DNA of 64,000 bases from Ophelia neglecta (lineage: Eukaryota): the NCBI GenBank assembly GCA_965285935.1, contig OZ260662.1:63302001-63366000 (forward strand), in the 5' to 3' direction. Below are positions 52,597 to 64,000 of this stretch, in pieces; within the stretch, counting starts at the first letter, position 1, and each line of letters opens with the position of its first letter. The translations under genes and the position numbers were made by a program. Below the pieces are notes generated by a model that did no database searches, was not told the DNA's origin, and was given only the letters and a program-made list of their open reading frames with translations.

Positions 52597-55500
52597 AGAG
52601 GGGTGTTTGACAATGGCTTTGTGGTAAATGACTCGTGATCCCCCCTGGATCTCCTTGCAGGCTTTCACAGATGTCTCTCTATCAAATCCCAACAAGGCCA
52701 AATGGACCTGGCTCCATATTTCCAAATAAATGTTGCCAGCTAGGATTTCTAATCCCACATTTGATCCAGTCTAGTCTTGTCCTGTAAATCAATATGACCA
52801 CTGGAGGTTATACAAGTCCTGTTAAGCTGGCCCTGTCCTTCAAGAAAAGGCTGTAAGAAGCTTCGCTAATCATCATGTATTAATTTCTAGCCAAGAAATA
52901 AACATCAACAATGCAAGGTCATTGTATTTGATCTGGAATGACTGGAAGGCTTTAGGAATTGATAAAAAGAAAAAAAAAACACAGAGAAGGCTGTGGATTG
53001 ACATTTTCACATTATGTGACCAAGCATCAAGGGTTCTAAGGTGTCGGACAGGGGTAGCCCTCCAGCACCCTGTATGTTGACAATGGTAGCCCCTTAAAGA
53101 CAGTACATTTCTGGTAACCCATGACCACATATAATATTTGTGCCTGTTTTGCTAAGTGAGACAGTGATCTTTACAGATAAAATGATGTAACTGGTGAGAA
53201 GTTGGCAGCCAGTATGGCATCTGAGGGTTAGGCTGGTCAGTCTCAAAGACATGAACCAGAGTGGTCAATAATAGATACATATATACATGTACATGTGTAC
53301 ATATAGACATTGGTCCTCACCAATTAGACTTTGATATCAGTCCAATTTAAGGTATTAAACCTTTTTTACATGCCAAAATGATAGTTTTTGTAAATGGATA
53401 ACTCAAACAACATGTATGTACTATTTGAATGTAATACATGCAGCATACATATATCTATTGCTAAAGAATCGTTGATCAATTATGTTTTATCTTTAAATGC
53501 GTGAATTACAGTTCAGAGTATTGGCTTTTTGCCTTCATTTCCGAAATTGAATTAGATTGGAGTTTGATATAAAGGTGTCTGGACTGAGTTTGAAGTTTGC
53601 TGAAGGTATTAGAGATTGTCTTTGTGCTGGACACACAGTAGATATTAGGTTAGACAATGTGACCTTGTGTAAGCACTTGGCTGCCATGGGAGTTACCTGC
53701 AGTGATTGTATTGTCATAATCCTAGTAAATATGCCTACCTGTTTAAATATAAACAATGGACATTGGCTTGTGTCACAGCACTTGTACCAGCGACTTCTTG
53801 TCTGCTTACGTAGGAGTTTTCCTTGAGCCATCATACAATTAGAATATGCAAAGAAGTCATTATCTAAAGTAACATTATTTATCCATATACACTAAAAAGG
53901 CAATGCCTTCTACAATTCTCACTTTCTCATTGTCAGTACCATTTTGAGTGACATTTTAAATAGAAAAGAAGGACAGGATCAATAGTTTAAGAGCTGCTGA
54001 AGATCATCAGATGTAAATCTAGACTTGGGTCAGTCGGGGTTGCTTCCCAGCGTAAATGTTTATCGTGTTTGTGTTGGCTGCAGCCTTCATATACCTCCAC
54101 ATGAAGCTGTTTAGTCAATTTTCTGCAATATTCTGTAGAGTGACAATCCATGATGTCAGGTCTTTTAGGCTGTCATGCCTGACATGTATGTATGTCTGTG
54201 CATTCTCAAGATCACTCCATATCAAAGGAAATCAGGCCATTTTGCCCTGGGGTAATGATGAACAAATTTCAACCAACGCTAGCATAATTTGCCAGGCATT
54301 AAGCCTCGACCTGCTTTTCCCATGAAGTCCTGCTAGTTTCGTGGTGCAAATAACCTTGCCAACAATAACTCATTCCTTGAGTGAAATGCAAAAATTATCC
54401 AATTTTAAGTTTCCTTATTTATAATTGATTTATTTTGCTCATATACTGGTCAAGAGTTGGTAGACTTAATACTCTTGCTTTTGCATGGTTACCAAGAGAT
54501 TATGACTTGAGCAGGTGGTAGGGATGTGTTAAGATTGTAACTATTGTAAACACACATCAGTTGTTTTTTTGTACAATGGTGAAGTTTGAAATGTATAAAT
54601 ACTTTTGCTTTGATGATCCACCACATATGTGGCATTCCCCCAAGAAAAATAGGACTGCTACTTGCTTGGTTTATTTGTTTCAAACATTAAGTTAGTTTCC
54701 AGACAGCACAATATTAGGAAATGTTGTTATATACCACATTAATTCATGCTGGCTTAAACACAGACAAGATTATTCATGTCAAAACATGATGGCAATCTAA
54801 AAGGCAGTTGTATTGAATTTGTTAATTAATTTGAAATTAATTGTTTACGGGTAGCCATAGCATTGTCCTGGCCTCCTTTGTGAGGGGATCAGCTCCACTT
54901 TACAAATACATCTTGGTAGGGGTGACTGACTAAGGTGTCTTCATTGTTTGAGGGGTGATTGTAACTTACCATTAATGGTTTATTTCTGATCATCTAGATT
55001 CCACTCCAATAGATTCTGTTTTGATTTTGGATTTCTTGTTCTCACAATATCAATACCAACTAGCCTTGCTAGCCGCATGTCGCAGGGTAGGTGCTGATAG
55101 ATAAAGGTACTTGTATACTAAAATTGGCAATGGAATTAACTTCAGTAGAAATTATCATTAGTTTCAATATTGTTTCATTGAAATGTCCACTAACAACTAC
55201 CAGGGCTCACTGGTGTAATTGACATTTTAAATATATTATGCCATAAATATGTTAGTTTCAATTAATGAGATGGAAGCCACTTTTCTTTAGAAAACACTTT
55301 TTCTGTAGGTTGTTTGATGCTTGCATGGTTGGTTACTTGGTGACATTAACTTAGATACAGCTAATTTTCAATTGTATTTGTTATATAAATACAGTGTCTA
55401 AGAGGATTCCTCACTTGCAATGAATCTACTTGCAGCTAATTGTCTGATTTGCAATCCCAGGCTTACCCCTGGGGGCTACTTAGTTTGCAGTAATCTTGTA

Positions 55501-58500
55501 GAACTTTTCATGATTGTGTTTACTAACTTTAAATGGCTGTGGCAAGTGTCTGTTGAGCATGTATATGATAGGCCCTAATGGTAATCAGCATTGCTGTACA
55601 TGGGCCCATCATTAAACAAATGCTAAGCAGGCATAATTGCTCTCTTATGATAAGGTGTCAACTTGATAGCCTGCCACACTTTGAAGTGAAAGAACACTTG
55701 TGTTGGGAATATGTAAATCAACCCTAGTTAGCGCCATCCTTGATTGGCTCATGTGCCTCTGCATATATTAAGGCAGGAAAAAATTCAAGCACATTTATCT
55801 CCCGGCAGATGTATCTGTTCTCTGTTATAGGATTTATAGATTAACCACTGTACATAATTAACCATTGAAGCCTGCTGGTGAAACAAAGAAGTGACATTTC
55901 TCCTCTGAGAACTCTGAGGGACGTACACTCAGTACTTTACATATATATTCGAATTTATTATATATTGTGGGCATTTGGAAATCAAAGAGTTCCAGGTAAT
56001 TCATCATTTATTTATATTAACTGTAAGTCTTGATTATGAATTCTGTGCTTTGCTCCTATTCAATCTAGAGACATTATCAATTGAGTCATCAAACTATTAA
56101 AGTCGAGTTGGAGTTTAATAGTTGATGCAATCCAATACGGTATGGGTGTAGAATTTTATTTAGATTGATATTTGTGCTGGTGGGGTGCAGAAGCATGTCT
56201 GTTTGTGGGGTGGCACATGCCAGAAACATGCCTTATCACATTCCAGCTACTCAGCTGGCTCTGTTTTGTTACTATATTATGCACACTTACTTTCATTCAA
56301 CAAACTTGAAAAACTGTTCTCTTAAAGAAAAAAAGTCTTCCACCAGAAAGTGTGCTGTTTATATTCGATGAAGATGAAAGACAGTTTAACACTTTACAGA
56401 TTTTTTTGAGGCTATTAAAATGGAAAATTGTGTAGGAGTTCTTCAGTAAGGAAGCCCTGAGCACCCATCAATAGTCATCAGTTTTTGAAATGGCGCCATC
56501 ATTTTGTGCTGTTTATTATTTATGCGTTGAGTATTGTGAAGAATTCCTCTGGTATAGTCTTCCGATTGCTGGCCAGGTTGTGTGGGGTGGCTGCTAACAG
56601 GTTGTGAGATAGACTGTCATCCCGCCTGCCCGCCGCTATCGGCCCTATCTCACTGTGTCTAATGGAAGGTTAACAGTCTAACCTTGCTTGATGGGCTACA
56701 GACAGAAACATTGCATGTGGAACTTGGAATTCAGTGAAATCAGGCTGCAATGAGAGGCATTTAGAGAATCTGATCCCGAGTTTTTGATTGAGATGAGATT
56801 GAGCATGTCTTGGTGTAACTTGATTGGTGCTCCCTGACAAAAGTTCATTCACTGAGCAATCCGTGTGGGATTAACCAATTATCTGCTATCGTGTGCACCG
56901 ATTTGCTGTCCAAATCATGCATGCTAAGTTTATCCCAAAGTCCCATGAACATCTGAAACAATTGCCTGATTTGGTTACATTCAGATAGACATGGTGAGAT
57001 AAATCATGGCCCTCTGGCTGTATTTTGCTCGGACTAAGTCTTTGTTGGAATGAACTTATGGTAATAAAGCTCCCTTCCCTTTAATCAACCCTGCTTTCCA
57101 GTAAAACAGTCCCCATTTTGTAAAAAATACATATATACAACAATATTTATATGGAGCCTTCTCTTAAGATTGCTCATTTATGTCCTTATTTGGTGAGTTA
57201 ATCTCCTATGACTCAAGCTAAACTCCACTTGGCGCTGAAAACTTGAGAGAATTTGTCAGAATCAAGTGAAGCAGCAGCAGAAGAGATAGTTGTGATTAGT
57301 GTAATTGAGTTGGGCTGGGTAAGAGTGCCCTTGGGGCAGAGACAGGGTGAATGGATGTGGAGATGCTGGCGTTTATTTGTGCTTGACACCCAGCAACACT
57401 GACTATCACTTGCTCTAATGAGTCCTGGGACTACAGAGGGGAGGTTTGCCATTTATGGATTGTATTGTTGGTATTGGGGGTCCTGGCCAATGTAGATTGA
57501 TAGCTCTCAGCTTGCCCTGCCTGGGACAGGCTTCCATTTACAAGCCTCCCTCTGCTGGTGGTGGTGGGAGAGGGGGGGGGGAGAGGAAAGGGGTGGGTCT
57601 TAGCGGGGTGGATCCATCGCAGATGTTGCTGCTGGGGAAAGTAAATCTAAAACTGTATGTTTCACATCTAGATGGCAATTCAATATCTATTGGAAAATAA
57701 ATAGACATGCTTTTCCCCTTAGAATATATATTTATAAGGTTTTTTGGCTGCCAGTATTAGTTTAACCTAAGCCTTAGATAACATAAGTGTTTATTTTCTT
57801 TTCTTTACCTTTTTTATTTGTGTAGAATAAATATAGATAATATTACTTTTAATATGTAACACATTAACAATATTTATTATTCATAAAACTAAAAGACTGA
57901 ATAAACCTGTTAGTAAAAATCAAGCAGGTTTTTATCTTTAACAGTTAAAAATTCAGCATCTGTGGCCTGAACCAAAGCACAACTAGTTAGATGTCTGTGT
58001 CCTGAGATGTATTATACATCACACAGGCAGTTCATCAGCTGCAGGAAACAGCATTTATTGAGCGATGAAAGTGGAGACTTCATCTTAGACAAGTCTGGGA
58101 GAATCACTGATGTATCCATGGAGGGGAGTACCTGAGATGCTCAATTTACCAAAGTGGGGGATCATCTATTATCTGGATTGTCTAGTTGATAGTGTAATGA
58201 GGTAAATGGATTGCAGTCAATAGTCACATGACAAAGACTGATGGGCCGTACCAGTCTTAGTCAATGTTACATTGTTTATTCTATCTTCTGCCTGTTGTCA
58301 TTCTTGAGCTGCTGAGCCATATATTGATCTAAAATCATGGAGGCCCACTCAATCTCAGCTCAAAGTCTGTCTGCAAACTTGTTTCTGGCCTTTAATTAAG
58401 ACCTGCAAGTGGCTGTGTGGTAGAGTTTTGTGGAGTGTCTACGACTTGTCATCAGACATCCCTAGGGCTGCCAGGAAAAGGTGAACACGGGTCATTGTGG

Positions 58501-58849
58501 GTCTGGGATCCCCCAGCTGTCTTCACTGCCCTCCCTGGATCTTAACAATAGTCAGTCCCTGGTTCTGACTGGTGATCACTCCTTTGCACTGATCCCAGAC
58601 CCCAGATTAGTCCCTGATTCTAAGCATGGCCCCCAAATCTGACCAAGATCCTGGTTCATTCAGGGTATCAGTTCCTTGGTCTCTTAGCAATCAATCCCTG
58701 AGTCAGTAGGTTCTTGGGGATGGTCTCACCCCCTGGGACTGTCCCTGGGCTTTACCCTAGCCAGTCTGATGGTCAGATTTCAACATCTGTCCTACCTTGG
58801 ATCAGAGACTAGTGTGGAACTGGAAGCCTGTCCTTTGGGTATGGTCACG

Positions 58850-60015
58850 GAGGCTATCCCTAGTTACTGGAGGTCAGTGAGTCTCTGGGTCAGATCTGAA
58901 GGTCTGTCCCTAGGTCCGATCTGGAAGGCTGTCCCTAGATCTTAGTTGGAGGTCAGTGAGTCGCTGGGTCTAATCTGGGGGTCTGTTCCTGGCTCTGATC
59001 CGAGAGACTGTCTCTGGGTCAGATCTGAAGGTCTGTCCCTAGGTCTGATCTGGAAGGCTGTCCCTAGATCTTATTTGGAGGTCAGTGAGTCCCTGGGTCT
59101 AATCTGGGGGTTTGTCCCTGGGTCTGATCTGGGGGTCTGTGAGTCCCTGAATCTGATCTGGAAGGTTGTCCCTGCGTCTGATCTATGGGTTTGTCCCTGG
59201 GTCTGATCTGGGGGTCAGTGAGTCCCTGGGTCTGATCTGGGGGTCTGTCCCTGGATCTGATCTGAGGGTCTGTCCTTGGGTCTGATCTGGGGGTCTGTCC
59301 CTGGATCTGATCTGAGGGTCTGTCCTTGGGTCTGATCTGGGGGTCTGTCCCTGGATCTGATCTGAGGGTCTGTCCTTTGGTCTGATCTGGGGGTCTGTCC
59401 CTGGATCTGATCTGAGGGTCTCTCCTTGGGTCTGATCTGGGGGTCTGTCCTTGGGTCTGATCTGGGGGTCTGTCCTTGGGTCTGATCTGGGGGTCTGCCC
59501 TTGGTTCTGATCTAAAGGTCAGTGAGTCCCTGGGTCTGATCTGGGGGTCTGTCCTTGGGTCTGATGTGAAGGTTTTTCCCTGGGTCTGATCTGGGGGTCT
59601 GTCCTTGGGTCTGATCTAAAGGTCAGTGAGTCCATGGGTCTGATCTGGGGGTCTGTCCTTGGGTCTGATCTGGGGGTCTGTGAGTCCCTGGGTCTGATCT
59701 GGGGGTCTGTCCTTGGGTCTGATCTAAAGGTCAGTGAGTACCTGGGTCTGATCTGGGGGTCTGTCCTTGGGTCTGATCTGGGGGTCTGTCCTTGGGTCTG
59801 ATCTGGGGGTCTGTCCTTGGGTCTGATCTAAAGGTCAGTGAGTCCATGGGTCTGATCTGGGGGTCTGTCCTTGGGTCTGATCTGGGGGTCTGTGAGTCCC
59901 TGGGTCTGATCTGGGGGTCTGTCGATCCCTGGGTCTGATCTAAAGGTCAGTGAGTCCCTGGGTCTGATCTGGGGGTCTGTCCTTGGGTCTGATGTGGAGG
60001 GTTGTCCCTGGGTCT
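58850..60015. repeat. 25/29-bp G-rich minisatellite, about 44 copies
   Basis: Units GGGTCTGATCTGGGGGTCTGTCCTT (25 bp) are interspersed with GGGTCTGATCTAAAGGTCAGTGAGTCCCT (29 bp). A 129-bp duplication lies at the 5' edge (58882 vs 59011). Confidence 0.97.
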
Positions 60016-63000
60016 CAGTGCCTACACGGTGCCTGAGGCCTGTCTATCCCTGGCTCTGACCCCTGCTGAAGTCACCTGTCTGATAGACACAGTGTTGTGA
60101 GGATCCTGCTCTTATGTATGACAGTCCTGACCTCCCAAATCACAGTATCAAACAATTGCCCTACTCTAGGTTGAAATGGCTGTTGATATGTGAAATTCTT
60201 GCTTTGTGATATTAAAATAGATATTACCACAGTCACTTGTATCACAGTAATAGGAGGGAGTGACAAGTAATGATAGCCCACACTTGTAGTGTATAAAAGG
60301 ATTGTTACCAGGGCCATCAGCTGGCCGGCCATATTAGTATTGTGCCATATTTGGCATATTGATTGTGAATGTTAATCTGAATGTCCTATGACATAATGTG
60401 ATAACGGAAGAGTTGAAAATTGTCTGATATTGGTCCCATCAATTAGTAGGATTATGGCATTGTTTGCCATGCTTTTAACTGATGATATTAGCAGGGCTTG
60501 ATCAGGGTGTTATGTGCGACCCATCAAAGATAGGAAGCATTTGTGTGTTGTGGTACCACATGGAAAATATCTGCCTCACACAATCCCTTCAATAGATGAT
60601 TGTTTCTCAAACATACTGTATCAGATATTCTCTGATGATCAATGCTACTGATAATCAGGTTGTTTACTGTAAAGATGACCAGGGCCGAACCATGTTTAAT
60701 TATTACATTAACATTTATTTCATTAGAACATTTCCTATGGCACACATCTGCTTTGAGAAGAAATTATATTTACAGCGACTTTTGGCATTTGTGTTTCCTT
60801 TGCCATTGCATTAAGGGGAAGTGCTACAGATTTTGTGAGTGATGCGTTATGGGAATTGAAAGTAAACAAATAGAGAAATTGTATAGATAATTTCTGATTT
60901 CCTTTCTATCTGTTGACTGTGAAAATGCATGGCCAGATCAATTATAAATAGAGCATGTGTTCTAGGATGTTCCAAATGAAGTGTACATCTGCCCCAATAT
61001 GAAGGCAGCAAAATACATGGCATGACCATTATCAGAACCAATATGATGGATGTACCCGCTGTAAAACCAATGTCTAATTGTCATAGGTGGAAACCTGTCA
61101 GTCACATTCTTCCTGAGATCTATTTACTGGAAACATTAAAAAGAATTTGTGACTATTAAATCTGTTTCTGTAAACACTTATAGCTATATTGCCATGCATT
61201 AAAATTGATTATTGTAGTTTGGTCATATACATGTACAGTATATGGCTGAATAGACAAATTCAGTAACCAGCATTAACAGCTGTACAGTACGAGTTATAAA
61301 AACTTAAAAACCAAATATGGTGGCCAGGTACAAGACAGGTTCTTTGGTACAAGCATTTATAGAAGAGTTGAAAGTAGAGACTAAGATCAACACACCTTTA
61401 TCAAACTTCTTTTATTGATATAGCAGATATTTCAATGGTCAATTTCAACATTTAATTCACCAATAAAGTTTGTACCTGTTTGATTGCATCTAATACACTC
61501 AAAATGTCTCAGGCTACAGTTGAAAGCCTTTTTATTTATTATCTTTACTTGATTTGACCTGTTGGATATATAATTATTGTTCTTGGTATGGCAATTTTAG
61601 GTCAGGGAGGAACGTTTGAAATTAATTTGAAGAAGTATTTTGAGGGTACATCATGGCCTACTGATACTATATATATGTATTATGTGGGACATATAAACAT
61701 GTACATGCTCCAGTCCCTAAATTCTAAATATATTGCCTTAATAATTTTTTTTATATACACATTACATTGTATCATAACCTAGATTTTCTTATACTCCAAT
61801 GTGTATATGTTGTGTTGTATATTTATAATGCATGTACTTATTTGTTTCTGCTTGGCCCTAAACTTTCAAAATAGAATTCCAAATGTTTTAAACTTAAGAT
61901 GGAATTCAACTCTCATCAAATTTTGATCTTCTGTCTAAGCTGTTCAATATTTTGACATTTGTACCAGCAGGTGAGGGACTGTTAACAAAAAGGTAGACCA
62001 GATAAGATCAGACAGGCATCCAGCCATCATTTTGTACTGGTTGTTGCCTATTCACAACTTAACTGCTGCAATTCACTTTTCATTATGAAAGCCCGCTCAG
62101 ACCAGATTTCTGTCCCAGGTGTAATGTCGTCAGGCAGATTTCTACCTTTAAACTTTGAAAAGGATGTGATCTTTGGATGAACCTTTCAAAGTGAAATGTT
62201 TACTGAACGCGGAGGACATCCGCTGAAATTCAGATGATTTGTTCATAATGGACTACTTATTGTCCATCAACAGCTAATCGCCTTTTTCATGACAGGCAAC
62301 TAGCTGGACAAGTTTTAGGGTAGCGGAGGTGGGGGACTCTCCATTGTAGAAAAGACTCGGGCATTGAAATCAATATATAGGAGAGATTCAATGAATGCAT
62401 TCTGGCTCTATTGGTGAGTGGTGTTAGAAAAATAAAAGCTGTTCTGACTACATGGCCTTTTGAATCCTAGGTTTTTATGATAGCAGTGGGAACGTGGGGT
62501 GGTGACACTCTCCCACATTTTGTCCATTTCCTATTGACCAAAATTGAAGTATATTTCAGTATTCAGGAGCAGAAGGAAGGCTTGTGACAAACAGACAGGA
62601 TATCATCGTTTGTGATTTTCTCATTGCTTTAACTTTTGAACAAAGATTAAGAACTATGGAATCTTAGAGTAGAGTTATCACTAGCATTAGAACTATCTAG
62701 GAAGGTTCCATACATGAACCAAATCACCAATCTGGTCGGAACTCTTTTAACTCAAGAGGCACTTTTTATCCCCTCCCTTCTGCTTTTATTCGTGATGTTT
62801 ATAATGTCCCAAAGTGAAAATCCCGCAATTGTTTGTGAAGTTATGATGGCCACCGAAAATCACTTTACTACTCACGTACATGAAAACTTGATTTGGTCTA
62901 TGTTTGGTTCACAGTTTTAAAAATCCGTGAATGTACATTGTTCCTTAAAAATGTTCATATCCTTGCCCAGCTATGAATTATCTTCAAATACCTCTTTTAT

Positions 63001-64000
63001 TATTACACCCATCTTATTGAATCATCTGTATGATATATTTAGTGTTATGATAAGCAATAATAAATTGCATTAATAGCAACTGGCTTCCCGCAATAATCTA
63101 TCAATAGAAAGAGAATACTAAAAAAAGCACAGTTTTCATTTATACACTAACATACTTGGTATATAAATAGCCTAGTATTGCATGTTATTTGTATTATTTG
63201 TTAGGTATTAACTTGTCCGGACATGAGAGGCTCCTAGAAGTTAGTATGTAAAGTTATACATGTATGTAAGAGATCTTGCTAAGTAATTGTATGTGGACAA
63301 AGAGGTGTTTAGGTAGAGACTGTGGGAGTCCTCTTTAGACAAGCAGGGATGTTATTATCTCTAAAATGATACCAGCTTAAAACTGATATTATGTCAGAGA
63401 AATACTGTTGATTGGAAATAAATCACTGAACAATTTAACAGTATTGTTCAGGATTATGGAGCAGCTTAAAGGAGCCCTCCCCAGGGCCACTCCATTTCAC
63501 ACAATCCCCATTGACAACCAAGCTGCTTAGAGTCTGTAATTGTACTGGTATTAAATAAGTTTGTCAGGACACTTCAAATTATCCTCAGTTTACATTGGTA
63601 CAGGTAATAAGTTAAAAGACAATTCAGTGTTATTGACAAGTCCATTCTTGTCAGTGTTGATTGCCTTTTTGATAGAATTTCCCCCAATTTTTAGGATTGC
63701 AGACGGGTACATGTGGTGGTTCCTGCTTAGAAACCTGCCACTCTAAATACAACCGTTGTTGATAGATCTGGCATCCCTGGCCTATTGTTCACAATCACCA
63801 TCTCCAAGTACCCCCAGGGCAATGATTTCAAGTAATTTTGTGTGAATTAAGCATGCTTCTTTCCATTTAGTTTTCACACTAATAAAACACCATCTCCTCC
63901 CCATAAAGCCGCCACCACAATGACTAAATCATCAAATTGCTGTAGCCTGGGAAATCTATGAAATTTTGTCAAATGTAGCACCAGAGTTCCCAAGTCAATG

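Larger units (their letters stand above)
24391..64000 (+). other. Large intron downstream of the exon (probable intron 2; 3' end outside window)
   Basis: Starts GTAGGT. The expected next PR-domain exon (IDAS....G.W.KYIR-like) was not found by eye. Confidence 0.6.

Noticed and set aside
56100-56170. VDA-containing stretch as candidate next PR-domain exon
   Set aside because: Lacks the G.W.KYIR motif and hits a stop.
58946-59206. ORFs within minisatellites (also 176-388, 27059-27428, 52462-52758)
   Set aside because: Translations simply mirror the DNA repeats.
333-62492. Su(H)/CSL sites (GTGGGAA/TTCCCAC), attractive given hamlet-Notch links
   Set aside because: About eight scattered hits, not clearly above chance, and no paired site seen.

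Overview
AT-rich, CpG-depleted eukaryotic (animal) genomic DNA. It is probably from an invertebrate bilaterian such as a mollusc; this is inferred from composition and the frequent TACATGTA palindrome. Only one protein-coding segment is supportable: a 647-nt internal exon on the + strand (23744-24390). It encodes the start of the PR/SET domain of a Prdm3/16 (MECOM/MDS1-EVI1, PRDM16, fly hamlet) gene, with the phase-1 acceptor and phase-0 donor after W-E that I recall for vertebrate exon 2. The exon carries an unusual in-frame Tyr/Pro/Gln-rich tandem repeat (DQPYG/PPLANHR modules) just before the PR domain. I did not find the neighbouring exons, so the rest of the window appears to be two very large introns (>23 kb and >39 kb). 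These contain three kb-scale minisatellites (37, ~32 and 25/29 bp units), a Tc1/mariner-type MITE family (2 clear copies, 1 degraded), microsatellites, CpG-retaining and motif-dense enhancer candidates, a 68-nt GC-rich hairpin and a candidate antisense non-coding exon. There are no prokaryotic features, CRISPR arrays or recognisable RNA genes. All other ORFs in the track look spurious.
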